Source: Mustelus asterias
Lineage: Eukaryota
Direction of reading: 5' to 3'
Length of the DNA: 64,000 nucleotides
Assembly: GCF_964213995.1 (NCBI RefSeq)
Contig: NC_135825.1
Span: forward strand, 12,090,001-12,154,000
Under the pieces are notes generated by a model. The model was not told the origin of the DNA. It saw only the letters and a list, made by a program, of their open reading frames with translations, and searched no databases. The position numbers and the translations under genes were made by a program. The number at the start of each line of letters is the position of its first letter. Within the stretch, counting starts at the first letter, position 1. This document shows positions 1-12,009 of this stretch, piece by piece.

Positions 1-515
1 GAAGTCAGTTCCTCTATTGCAGACATACATGCTGTCAGAATGTATATATATCAGCTCGGCGTGGAAACTTATCAGGGTGACTGACCACATAAACCACAGC
101 AGTCAACTCAGCTGCTTGAGCATTCATCCCACTTGATAGTTTTACAGCTAACTCAACAAGAGCTATTCCATTGTCAACCTCGACATCATTCCTCCACAAT
201 AGAGGATCCAGCAACAAGAAATTCAAAGGCCATTTTGTGTCTGTCCTCTGCACAGGTATGTCAGATATATACCAGATCGAGCAGGCTTCACGAATCCTCC
301 TCCCTTTTGTTTTGGCAGAAATGGTTCCTTGGGATCACTTGTTGTCACTATTTGACACTCATGAGGCTCACCGCTGTAATTTAGATTGTCAGCTAAGAAA
401 CTGGGCAATTTAGTCCGTTTGGCTGCAATATCTTGACCTTGAAGCATTAAAGCCCAATGTGCTATGCAGATTGGACTGATCGTAACAACTGAATGGGAAT
501 ATGTGGCAAAGGAAC
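1..515 (-). mobile_element. Degenerate endogenous retrovirus pol fragment (connection/RNase H region)
   Basis: Minus-strand translation with frameshifts gives WALMLQGQDI, (D/A)GSSIV, NAQAAELTAV and ADIY/SDSMYV, the retroviral RNase H motifs in the correct order. Confidence 0.7.
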
Positions 516-519
516 TGAG

Positions 520-1905
520 AGACTATGTTGACTACAGCCCTTCACACCCCACATCCTGTAAGGACTCCATCCCATTCTCTCAGTTCCTTCGCCTCCGCCA
601 CATCTGTTCAGATGACGCCACTCCCCAAAATAGCGCTGCCAATAAGTCTTCCTTCTTCCTCAATCGTGTTTTTCCATCGACTGTGGTTGACAGGGCTCTC
701 AACCGTGTCCAGCCCATCCCCCGGGCCACTGCTCTCACCCCCTCCCCTCCCTCCCAGAACCAGGATAGGGTCCCCCTTGTCCTCACTTTTCACCCCACTA
801 GTCTCTGCATTCAAAGGACCATCCTCCGCCATTTCCAACAATTCCAGCATGATGCCACTACCCAACACATCTTCCCCTCACACCAGCCCACCCCGTCAGC
901 ATTCCGCAGGGACCACTCTCTCCTGGACACCCTGGTCCACTCCTCCATCACACCCAACACCTCACTCGCTGCCCACGGCGACATGCCATGCAATCATAGA
1001 AGGTGCAACACCTGCCCCTTTACCTCCTCCCTGCTCACTGTCCCAGGTCCTTAACACCCCTTTCCTCTGAAGCAGCGCTTCACATGCACCTCCTCCAATC
1101 TGCTCCATTGCATTCGCTGCTCCCAATGCGGTCTACTCTACATTGGAGAGACCAAACGCAGACTGGGTGACCGCTTTGCTGAACACCTTCAGTCCGTCTG
1201 CAAGTCGGACCCTGACCTTCCTGTCGCTTGCCTCTTCAACACACCGCCCTGCTCTCCTGTCCACATGTCCGTCCTTGGCCTTTGGCAATGTTCCAGCGAA
1301 CCCCAACGCAAACTGAAGGAACAGCAGCTCATCTTCCGATTGGGCACTTTACAGCCTTCCGGACTGAACATTGAGTTCAACAACTTCAGAGCATGAACTC
1401 TCCCCTCCACCTTCACTCCTTCCCTATTTGCTTTATTCCATTTCATTTCGTCTCATTCATCCATTTTATCATCCTTCTTTTTCACTTCTATTTTTCCACT
1501 GCTCCATTCCAGCTCTCCTTCTTTCCCCGTCCACCCCCCTCTCACCCCTTTCAGTGAAACTGCCACATTCCTCAGGCTGTCCTTTAACAATCTGTGCCTC
1601 TGTTCTGCCATTCTCGCATTCTGATCACTTAATGGACACTCTTCGCACTTTCTCAGCCTTCTGTACCCTCATTTACATTCCCTTTGTCCCATTCCACACC
1701 CCCTCACTTCCACCCCCACCCCCCTAACCCACCCCAATAGTCTCAATCTCTGCTGCTTCTCTTTTCTCTTCGCTCTGATGAAGTGTCATCGAGACTTGAA
1801 ACATTGGCTCTATTCTCTCCCCACAGATGCTGTCAGACCTGCTGCGATTTTCCAGAATTTTCTGTTTTTGTCTCAGATTCCAGCATCCGCAGTATTTTGC
1901 TTTTA
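520..1905 (+). mobile_element. Penelope-like retroelement, 5'-truncated (RT C-terminus, GIY-YIG endonuclease, pLTR)
   Basis: DYSPSHPTSCKDSIPFSQFLRLRHICS, CNHRRCNTC, and after a stop HCIRCSQCGLLYIGETKRRLGDRFAEHL. The 3' end has CTGATGA...GAAAC at 1775-1802. Confidence 0.85.
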
Positions 1906-1909
1906 TCTT

Positions 1910-2520
1910 GCTTGTGGAGTCTGTTTCATCGTTGTTTGGGGATTACTGTTTTTCATGTCAATGGAGTTAATTTATTTAACTCTCTGCCATCAATTGTCAG
2001 TCTCCAAGAACCGTCCGGTTTCCTAACTGGCCAAATTGGTGAATTGTTTGTGGAAGCTACAGGTCGGAAAGCTCCCTGTTGTAGCAGACTCGTGGTTACT
2101 TTTGTAATCTCACCTCCAGCTTGTTTAAGGGAAGCCGCACTGCCTTTGAGGTTTTGGCTCAGAGCCCTCGACGATTATTTCTCCTCTCATTCGACCACAG
2201 TCACACTTACGCATCGCAAATGCAGCTGCATGTTCAGCAATCATCTCTTGTTCTGTTCCATCATCAACATATCGGCAGGTTTAAACCAAAATTCCCCAAC
2301 TCTACAAACCCTGTCTGCATAAGTCCCTGTGGATATCTGTATTGGCGTTTCATTCACATCAGCCATCGACCAGATACAACAATGCGACAGGTCAAAAGAC
2401 AGATTACATCTGCTAATAGAATTAGAACCCAAAATGTGCTCTGCCATTCGGGGAAGAGGTGTGTCAGAGGGATTCTCTCTCGCTCCCATTCTGCTGTGGA
2501 AATTCAAAAATCAACACCCG
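1910..2520 (-). mobile_element. Degenerate ERV pol fragment (protease C-terminus and RT N-terminus), class III/spuma-like
   Basis: Reverse complement of about 1963-2068 reads RPVASTNNSPIWPVRKPDGSWRLTIDGRELNKLTP. AEHILGSN near 2425-2445 resembles the protease ILGxD motif. Confidence 0.75.
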
Positions 2521-2736
2521 TGCTTCATTTATGCCCCAAGTAATCAAGAATCTCAGTTACGGTACAAAATATGCTGTTCTGAGAAAGTAAACTCCACCAT
2601 AAACAGCGGGGGTGAAACTGGTTTTAATTTCCCTTGAAGTCAGTGAGTAACTTCTTCTTTGGCAAACACTTGTTAAGTTGATACTGTGCAAATATTTTAT
2701 GCAGAGAATACTTCAGGGAAGGAAATCCACCACCCT

Positions 2737-4162
2737 TACTTATTTCCGTTATTTAAGAAGGGTAGGAAGGATAACCTGGGTAATTATAGGCCGGTGAGCT
2801 TGACGTCCGTGGTGGGGAAGTTGTTGGAGAAGATTCTTTGAGATAGGATGTATGCGCATTTAGAAAGGAATCAACTCATTAACGATAGTCAGCATGGTTT
2901 TGTGAGAGGGAGGTCATGCCTCACTAACCTGGTGGAGCTTTTTGAAGACGTGACCAGAATGGTTGACGAGGGAAGGGCCGTGGATGTCGTTTATATGGAC
3001 TTTCGTAAAGCATTTGACAAAGTCCCTCATGGTAGGCTGGTGAAAAAGGTTGGATCTTATGGGATAAAGGGGGAGGTGGCTAGATGGGTGGAGAACTGGC
3101 TTGGTCACAGAAGACAGAGGGTGGTAGTGGAAGGGTCTTTTTCCGGCTGGAGGCGTGTGACTATTGGTGTTCCGCAGGGCTCTGTATTGGGACCTCTGCT
3201 GTTTGTGATTTATATAAACGATCTGGAAGAAGGTGTAACTGGGGTGATCAGTAAGTTTGTGGACGACACAAAATTGGCAGGATTTGCAGATAGTGAGGAG
3301 CATTGTCAGAAGCTACAGAAGGATATCGATAGGCTGGAAATTTGGGCAAAGAAATGGCAGATGGAGTTCAATCCTGATGAATGTGAAGTGATGCATTTTG
3401 GTAGAAATAATGTAGGGAGGAGCTATACGATAAATGGCAGAACCATAAAGGGTGTAGATACGCAGAGGGACCTGGGTGTGCAAGTCCACAGATCCATGAA
3501 GGTGACGTCACAGGTGGAGAAGGTGGTGAAGAAGGCATATGGCATGCTTGCCTTTATAGGACGGGGCATAGAGTATAAAAGTTGGGGTCTGATGTTGCAG
3601 ATGTATAGAATGTTGGTTCGGCCGCATTTGGAATACTGCGTCCAGTTCTGGTCGCCACACTACCAGAAGGACGTGGAGGCTTTGGAGAGAGTACAGAGGA
3701 GGTTTACCAGGATGTTGCCTGCTATGGAGGGGCTTAGTTATGAGGAGAGATTGGGTAAACTGGGGTTGTTCTCCCTGGAAAGACGGAGGATGAGGGGAGA
3801 CTTAATAGAGGTGTATAAAATTATGAAAGGCATAGGTAGGTTGAACGGTGGGAAGCTTTTCCCCAGGTCGGTGGTGACGTTCACGAGGGGTCATAGGTTC
3901 AAGGTGAAGCGGGGGAGGTTTAACACAGATATCAGAAGGACATATTTTACACAGAGGGTGGTGGGGGCCTGGAATGCGCTGCCAGGCAAGGTGGTGGAGG
4001 CGGACACACTGGGAACGTTTAATACTTATCTAGACAGCCATATGAATGGAGGGGGAATGGAGGGATACAAAAGAATAGTTTGGACCAGGGAGCGGCACGG
4101 GCTTGGAGGGCCGAAGGGCCTGTTCCTGTGCTGTATTGTTCTTTGTTCTTTGTTCTTGTTCT
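2737..4162 (+). mobile_element. CR1 LINE, 5'-truncated, RT ORF2 portion open (ORF 2848-4206)
   Basis: QHGFVRGRSCLTNL, YMDFRKAFDKVPH, GVPQGSVLGP, KFVDD, HLEYCVQFWSP; (TGTTCTT)n 3' tail. Confidence 0.95.
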
Positions 4163-4305
4163 TACCTGGTCTAGCCTCTATTGATTCCAGATCTACAGTA
4201 ACATGAATGACCTGTTTTGCTATTTGGGCAATTAGGGGATGGGTAACAAATACTGCCCTTGCCGGCGATACCCACACCCCATGGAAACATTTTAAAACGC
4301 TATTC

Positions 4306-4636
4306 ATAGAATCATAGAATCTCTACAGTGCAGAAGGAGGCCATTTTGCCCATCGAGTATGCACCGCCCACAATCTCACCCAGATCCTATCCCTGTAATC
4401 CCATATATCTACCCTGCTAGTACCCCTGGCACTAAGGGGCAATTTTCCATGGCCAATCAACCTGACCCACACATCTTTGGAGTGTGGGAGGAAACCAGAG
4501 CACCCAGAGGAAACCCACGCAGACATGGGGAGAATGTGCAAACTCCACACAGACAGTAACCCGAGGCCGGAATTGAACTCAGCTCCCCGGCACTGTGAGG
4601 CAGCAGTGCTAACCACTGTGCCACCTTGTCGCCCCA
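4306..4636 (-). mobile_element. tRNA-derived SINE (HE1/V-SINE-like) with CR1-type tail
   Basis: Reverse complement starts GGGCG..GGTGGCACAGTGGTTAGCACTGCTGCCTCACAG and ends (ATTCTATG)n. Related copies at about 7030-7160(-), 12090-12350(-), 18963-19295(+), 24905-25070(+), 34090-34420(+), 41488-41803(-), 50420-50570(-), 54162-54492(+), 60100-60268(+). Confidence 0.85.
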
Positions 4637-6159
4637 TTCATTGGGTTGCTTGTAATCTACAACTTTGTAATAAGCAAGTAAAGCAAGTAAAGATTGGTTC
4701 CACTTATATCCTTCATCACTTGACCTCTTGAAAGATAACGTTCATGATTCAGACGGTGAAGTTTCAGTTGCGAGGTTTTCAGGAAGTGTTTTCTGATCAG
4801 GTTAATGTGATTGTCTCTGGTGTTTCATGGGGTGGTTATGGATATTATAATAGCTGTAAAGAGAAACCCAACAAAGCAGGAGATGTGATCAATTTCCATT
4901 TGTAACGAAATGAATTTTCATGTCCAGTTCTATCAAGTTATGTTGTAATTGCTACTTTTTTCCTCCACAGTCAAGTGATTGTAACATCAGTCAAAATGAA
5001 ATGCAATTGGAAATAACTTCTCCTGCATTTGAGAATATTTCCATGTAATTAAACACCCCTCTCCACAGATATTGACTGGCAGGATTTACAACAGCTTCAC
5101 CCAAACATGAACCTGTTGTGGGGACATCCTTCAGGGGTGTAAAGGTGAGTACAGCTCTGGGGGTAGAGGCACAAGGCCAGGCAGTGGCTTGGCAATACCC
5201 CTGGCATACCCTTGGCACATGTTGGCAAAGCCAGGTTGGCACCATGCCAATCAGGCAGTGCTGCTTGGCTGTGCCAAGCTCTGTCAGGGGGCAGTGCTGG
5301 GGTGGACCCCAGTGAGAACCTCATGGGGAGGAGGGGGATGCGGAGGTTTTTTCATCTGGTCATAGTGCCCTTTAAACATGGCACCCCGAGCTCAGTGCCA
5401 CTGGGCGTTGCTGACGGGTTGAGTGCCGCCACCCACCCCTCCCTGCCCCACCGACAGGACAGCATGAAACACGCCCACCTGTTTCTTTTTTGATAAGATC
5501 CAGACATTTCTCACTGGAACCAAGATTCGGCCAAATTCTGGTGAAATCAGCCCCACAGTGTCTCTCTCAGTGAGTTTGGGGTTTTCCAGTTGTGTTAATC
5601 GCAGAGCTCCAGAGTAATTATAAAAAAAACAGCATTTACCATTCCTGAATAAAATTCACCATTCCTGCTCACAGGTCGGATAAATTAATTCTCTTTACAA
5701 AATATCTCAACCAGTATTTTACTGTGAAAGTTCCTGTCTTCAGAGAAAGACACTCTGCCTTCAGAGGAAATAAAGTTTCACTCTGAATACTTGTGGTTGA
5801 ATGTACTTTATCAGAGCTGCATGTTTCACACTGGGATCTTTATTCTCGATTGTCTAGTTTCACACAGTGATCAAGCTGTTGGCTAAACAGCTTTGACTCT
5901 TCGCATTCTTCACTGTAACCTTTATCGATGTAGACGTTATTTTGGCCAGTTTGGTGCTCTGGCCAAAATTTATCTCTCCATCAACATTGCCAAGAAACAG
6001 ATTATCTGGTGATAATGGGCGTGATTTTCCAGCTGCACTCGCCATGAAATCCGGAAAATCCCACCCCGAGGTCAACGGATCCTCCCATGGTCTGCCCCCC
6101 ACCCGTTACTATTCCTGTGGCGGACGGAAGGAGAAACTTCGCCAATTTTACTTTGCACT

Positions 6160-6282
6160 TTGTGGGATCTTGCTGTGCACAAATTGGCTACTGTGCTTCC
6201 TGCAGCAAATCTTCCAAAGTACATTACAGGCAGTAAGGTGCTTGGGGATGTTCTGAGGCGAAGGCACTGATAAATGCAAGCC
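6160..6282 (+). mobile_element. Deu-domain SINE fragment (SacSINE1/AmnSINE1-like)
   Basis: TGTGGGATCTTGCTGTGCACAAATTGGCT...ATAAATGCAAG. Related pieces at about 16110-16255(-), 19310-19540(+), 23820-24005(+), 51090-51235(-). Confidence 0.6.
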
Positions 6283-8179
6283 ATTTTTTCCAGTTGTTTA
6301 GTGAAGGGTTTTACAGTATTCACCGACACCGTTTGACAGCTCCACTGCGTATATGAGTGAAGGTGGAAGGACAAGTTGAGAAGACTGTGAAAGAAAAACA
6401 CATTTCAGATCCTTGGGTTTATTGATAGAGGGACAGAGTTACAAAAGCAAAGAAGTTATGCTTCACCTTTATGAAGCATTGGTTAGTCATCCATTGTGTT
6501 CAGTTCTGGGCAGGTAAATGCACTTTCTAAATACAAGTTATTGTTGTGGTGCTTTGTTTGTTCTCATTGTATTGACAAAGTTATAGTTGCTCATATTATC
6601 ATTGCATTTTATTTGTTTGTAACATTTAGAGTATAACGTGCCGCGTATCAATCCTCATGAACATACAGATACAGTGAAACTGCTGTTTCAGTTTTAACAG
6701 ATAACTGCTCAAATTGTACATCCATTTAAAATGGTTGAATGAGAATCTCAGACTAAAACAAGTTGTATCTGTTTGAAAAAAAAACTCTGTGATGACAATG
6801 AGTAAAGCTACACGCACTTAGAAACAACAGCAAGAATTTGAATAGTATTACATGTGATATACTACACAGAAACAGGCCATTCAGTCCATCTATTTATATA
6901 ATCCTCAGGAGCCCACTCTCATTCTATCTACAGCTTATCTTTCTCATAGAATCCCGACAGTGCAGAAGGAGGCTGGGATTGGTGTCTATAATTCTGCTTC
7001 CTCATTCTAATCAGGAGATTGTTGTGAAGGACCCCGAGGAAACCCACGCAGACACGGGGAGAACGTGCAGTCTCCACACAGACAGTGACCCAAGGCCAGA
7101 ATCGAACCCGAGTCCCTGGCGCTGTGAGGCAGCAGTGCTAACCACTGTGCCACCGTGCACCCTCACCTTTCTGTTTCCTTTTCTCTCACAAAATCACCTC
7201 CTCCACTCTTAAAAGCATCAAAACTATTTGCCTCAGTCTCTTGTGGCAGAAAGCTCCACAGTCTATCATCATTCTCTGAGTAATGTTATTGCTCTTTATT
7301 CCCCTGTCGGATGTATTACTAACTATCTTGTGTTAATCGTCTCCCAAAAATGGGAGTATTTTCTTCGCAGGTATCCAATCCAACCTATTCAGCATTATAA
7401 AGACCCCTGTCATGTCTCCACTAAATCTTCCCTTTTCTGATGAAAACTACCCTACCTGTCTAATCTTTCCCTGTGGCTGCACCATCCCCATTCTAAAACA
7501 TCCTTGTCAATCTTTTTTTGTACTTTCTCCAGTGTTTCTTTGTCATTTTTACAGTCTGGACACCAGAGTTGTGCAAGGTGCTGTGAGTGCAGTCTAACTA
7601 AGGTTGTACATAACCTGGCTCCTTTTGAATTTGATCCCACCAGAATGAAATCTCAATGCTTTGTCAACACTTTAATTGTTTTGCTGACCAGTTGTATGGC
7701 TCCTAATTATTTGTTAACCTGTATCTCTAGATTTTCTTGCCCTTCTAACTCATTTCAGAAGCTTATTGTCGAAGGTAGAGATTGTTTATTATTTCAAAGT
7801 GCATCATCTTGCATTTATCTAGAGGAAATTTTATTTGTTACTTACCTGCCCAGTCGGCAAGTTTTCTAATCGATTTCTGTATTATGTTATACTCTGCCTC
7901 AGTGACAGCCACACACTCAATTTTGGCAGAACTTGCACATTTTCATAGGGTTACTTATTCCCAAGTCCAATTATTTATGTACATGATAATTAACAGTGAT
8001 TTCCATCCTGATTCTTGTGGGATATCACTTTCTATCTTCTTCCAATCTGAATAACTGTTCTTTTCTCAATTCCCCCCACTCTCTGATTTTTATTTTTTCC
8101 ACCAATTTGCTGTGTTTTCAGCTTTTAGTTGAAAGGCAGCGGCGTTGTGGTATTGTCCCTGGACTAGTAATCCAGAGAC

Positions 8180-10190
8180 CCTTATCCTGAAAACATGACC
8201 CCGAGTTCTGGATTCCCTCACCAATGAGAACATTCTTTCCGAATCTACCTTGTCTCACCCTGTTAGAATTTTATAAGTTTCTATGAGATTCCCTCTCACT
8301 CTTCTAAACTCCAATGGATACAATCCGAACTGACTTTGTGTCTCCTCTTCCGACAGGAGTCAGCCTGGTAAACCTTTGTTGTACTCTCTCTATCACAAGC
8401 GCATCCTTCCTCAGATAAGGAAACCAGCACTGCACACAATGCTCCAGGTGTTGCCTCACCAACGCCCTAGACAATTGCAGCAAAGTATTCACATTCCGAT
8501 ATTCAAATCCTCTTGCTTTGAAGGCCAACATACCATTTGCCTTCTTTACTGCCTGCTGTACCTGCGCGCTCACTTTCAGTGACTGATGCACGAGGACGCC
8601 AAGGTAGCGCTGAGTATCCGCCTCTCTCAATTTACACCCATGTGAATAATAAGCTGCCTTCCTGTTATAATCCAGGTCAGAAACTCCAAGGTATTTTATG
8701 AGGTCGGCTTGGACAATAAGTTTTGGATTTGAATTTGGCGAGGGTAACATGAGATGTTTCACTTCAAGTATGATTCAAATGACTCCCAAGGGAGCTTTTA
8801 TCAAACAAAGTTTATTTAAGAATACAGTTAACACATAGAAAGAAAATTAGCAATAACTTTTACCAATTACAAACAAGAAAAATAAACAACCGTGATATTG
8901 TATCAATCTGAACAATTAAATGCACTGTTCCAATACAACAAACCTCCTTCAAAACATGCACCTGCCACAAGTTTAGCACAGAAAATGACAATGTTCACTT
9001 GATGCTGGAACTTAGTCCTTTGGTTGGATTCTGCAACTTTCTTGACACAGCACGGACAAGCTTGAAGCTAGTACAGCTTCTCAAAACACCAGGGAGAGAG
9101 AGAGAGAGAGAACGCTGCAGCCAGTCTGAAGTAAAACACCTTCTCAACCAAGACTGAAAGTGAATCCTTGGATTTCTCTGTGGAGGAACCATTTGACTTT
9201 TAACTGTCAATGAATCTTCCCACAACACTTCAAAAGATCGTAAAATGCCAGAAAATGCATTAGACCCAGAGTCAAAATAAACAACACCTCATTTAATCTA
9301 TTTAGGCAGCAAAAAAGGACTTCTAAGCAGGCAGCTGGTGCCACAACAAAAACAAAAGGCCGGCTTACAAACTGCAGAGAACATGATTTTTTAAAAATCA
9401 TTTCTTAAAGGTACAGTAGCGTCACATTGCTATTATTGCTACCAAAATGGATAATCTCACATTTACCCACATTATACTGCATCTGCCATGCATATGCCCA
9501 CTCAGCCTGTCCAAATTACACTGAAGCATGTCTGCATCCTCCTCACAGCTCACCCTCCCACCCAACTTTGAATCATTTGCACACTTGGAGATAATACATT
9601 TAGTTCCCTCTTCCAAATCATTATTATATAACGTGAATAGTTGGGATTCTCACACAGATCCCTGTGGTACCCCACTAATCACTGCCTGCCAATTGGAAAA
9701 ACATCCATTTATGGCAACTCTTTGTTTCCTATCTGCTCACCAGCTTTCTATCCATCATAAGACACAACCCTCAATCCCATGTGCCTTAACTTTACATAGT
9801 AGTCAGTGATGTGAGACCTTGTCGAAGCCCTTGTGAAAGTCCAAATAAACCACATCTACCAGTTCTCCTTTGTCAACTCTACTAGTTCCACCATCAAATA
9901 ATTCCAATAGATTTGTCAAGTATGATTTCCACTTTGTAAATCCATGCTGACTTTGTCTAATTATACCACTGTCTTCCAAACGCTGAGCTGTGAAATGCTG
10001 AGCTATGAAATGGACTCTCGCAGCTTCCCCAGCACTGACATTAGGCTCAGTGGCCTATAGTTCGCTGTTTTCTCTCTACCTCCCTTTTTGCGGGCTTGCA
10101 TTAGCTACCCTCCAATCTGTAGGAACCAGTCCAGAGTCCAAATAATTTTGGGAAACGTCCACCAATGGATCTATTATTTCCAGGGAATCC
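8180..10190 (-). mobile_element. Degenerate CR1 LINE split by a solo LTR
   Basis: RYLGVLVHQSLKVSAQVQQAVKKANGML (ORF 8304-8762) and ISKCANDSKLGG (ORF 9422-9616); the CR1 sequence resumes after the LTR. Confidence 0.8.
8663..9426 (-). mobile_element. Solo LTR (ERV-like), 764 bp
   Basis: TG...CA termini, imperfect 4-bp TSD ttcc/ttgc, cleanly interrupts a CR1, minus-strand AATAAA near 8811; homologous to about 42580-43499. Confidence 0.65.
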
Positions 10191-10386
10191 AAACCGGGAG
10201 CTCATTGTTAACTGATTAAATATGACAATAAAACCAAATTGGCAGCAGCAGTAAAACTGGAGGGAACAACTCAGAGAGTACAGACGAATTGACAAAATAA
10301 GTCTGTGGACAGTTCATCGCAGATGAAATTTAATTGCAAAGTAAGAAGGAATAATATTCATCGCGTGCTCTACATGAATACTATTC

Positions 10387-10662
10387 CTAATGAGTTATGT
10401 TAGTATAAATTGCCATTTCAGATTCATCAAAGTTTGTGTGTTGTTCTTTGGGAGCTATCATTGAATCTTGACACATCCTCATTGTTAAACAACTGCCTCG
10501 ACCTCTCACCTCTTCAGGCTTTTGAATCTGCAGTGTTGCATATGTGACTCCATCCTCATTGTTAATGAACCGGACATTTAGCTCGCTGTGTGTTTCTGCT
10601 GAGTTCCCTCGATTGTGCTTTACACTGGCATACACAATGCTCCCTTCTACAACTGCCAATTG
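10387..10662 (-). CDS. Gene A exon 9 (last coding exon): cytoplasmic tail with ITIMs IVYASV and VTYATL, plus AIYTNI
   Basis: Acceptor ttattttttatattgcag|CAA in phase 0, matching exon 8; 91 aa open to TAG; two I/V-x-Y-x-x-L/V motifs. Confidence 0.85.
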   Translation of the reverse strand, partial: QLAVVEGSIVYASVKHNRGNSAETHSELNVRFINNEDGVTYATLQIQKPEEVRGRGSCLTMRMCQDSMIAPKEQHTNFDESEMAIYTNITH

Positions 10663-11009
10663 CTGCAATATAAAAAATAAAGATCCAGATTATTTCCATT
10701 TAACTTGAATGGTGATTTGTGGAGAAATCGATTTCTAGATCATTGCAAATCAGTTTACAAGTGATCACAACATGAGATAATCTATCTCCAGCGGTGAAAC
10801 ACATCATTTGTCCCAACTCCACATAAACCTGTCCAGTTAATCTCATCAAAATAATGTTCAAATCCTTTCCTTCCCATGTGCTTATCCAGCTTCTGTTTGA
10901 ATGTATTTCAGCTGTTTGCCTCAACTGTTCCCTGTGGTGGAAAATTCCACATTCTGAACATTCTGGGTAAAGATGTTTCTCTTGAATTTGCTGTTAGATT
11001 AACCTTTTT

Positions 11010-11340
11010 TATTGGCACATGGGATGTGGGCGTCGCTGGCTGGGCCAACATTTGTTGCCCATCCCTAATTGAACTGAGTGGCTTGCTCGGCCATTTCAGG
11101 GGGCATTTATGAGTCACATATAGGCCAGACCAGATATGGGCAGCAGATTTCCTAAGGGAAATGTCCCTAAAGGACGAGATGAGTTTTTACAACAATCGGC
11201 AATAGTTTCACGATTATCATTAGACTTTTAATTCCAGATTTTTATTGAGTTCTGCTGTGGTGGGATTTGGACCCAGATCCCCAGAGGATGATCCTGGGTC
11301 TCTGGATTACTAACCCAGTGACAATACCACTGCACCACAA
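11010..11340 (-). mobile_element. Second tRNA-derived SINE family
   Basis: Shares blocks (GTAATCCAGAG...TCTGGAATTA...GGTCTGGCCTA...GGGATGGGCAA) with copies at about 25080-25445(+), 45370-45810(+) and 60277-60642(+). Confidence 0.6.
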
Positions 11341-11780
11341 TCTGTTATTAATGACTATCCACTATTTATGGTCACTGCTTTTGGTCTTGCCTGCAAGTGG
11401 AAACATCTTTGTTATCTCCACCTGAATCTTGAAGATCTCAATCAGATCATGAATCAGAGAAGAGAGGCCCAGCATGCTGAATCTCGCCTTAAATTTTTAA
11501 TTTTCCAAGGCAAAATGTGAAAAGGAATTTTGCTGCCATCCAGCGAAATTGTACCTCGCGCCCTTGACAGACCAGATTAAGCTTTTAGGGTTTTAACTCG
11601 GCCTTATTCACCCTTTAGCAAGGAAGTCTGCCTCCCACATGGTGGCGTACTGGTACATGGTATGCACCATTATATCTTTGCGTATCTTACATATAATTCA
11701 TACACCAATCACAAGTCAACATTTGTTCAGAACTCATTGATATCCAATTACAGCGAATAGTTCTGACTACTTCATTTATG

Positions 11781-12009
11781 ATGTGGAGATGCCGGCGTTG
11801 GACTGGGGTAAACACAGTAAGAAGTCTCACAACACCAGGTTAAAGTCCGACAGGTTTATTTGGTAGCACAAGCCACTAGCTTTCGGAACGCTGCCCCTTC
11901 ATCAGGTGAGTGATCACCTGATGAAGGGGCAGCGCTCCGAAGGCTAGTGGCTTGTGATACCAAATAAACCTTTTGGACTTTAATCTGGTGTTGTGAGACT
12001 TCTTACTGA
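11781..12009. mobile_element. Palindromic Penelope pLTR mini-insertion with 12-bp TSD
   Basis: Inverted arms of about 95 bp (11815-11909 and 11914-12008); TSD ACTTCATTTATG at 11769-11780 and 12010-12021; same sequence as the termini of the Penelope element at 46443-47385. Confidence 0.85.

Noticed and set aside
4560-4636. tRNA-like A and B boxes here and in other copies
   Set aside because: These are SINE heads, not tRNA genes.
5600-5870. Possible first exon or promoter of another minus-strand gene (ATG..GAATG|gtaaat, AGTTTCAC motifs)
   Set aside because: Only 7 codons, no downstream exon identifiable, and the motifs are too short.
10329-10334. ATTAAA on the minus strand as gene A's poly(A) signal
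   Set aside because: Lies within a CR1-like remnant; not supportable without transcript ends.
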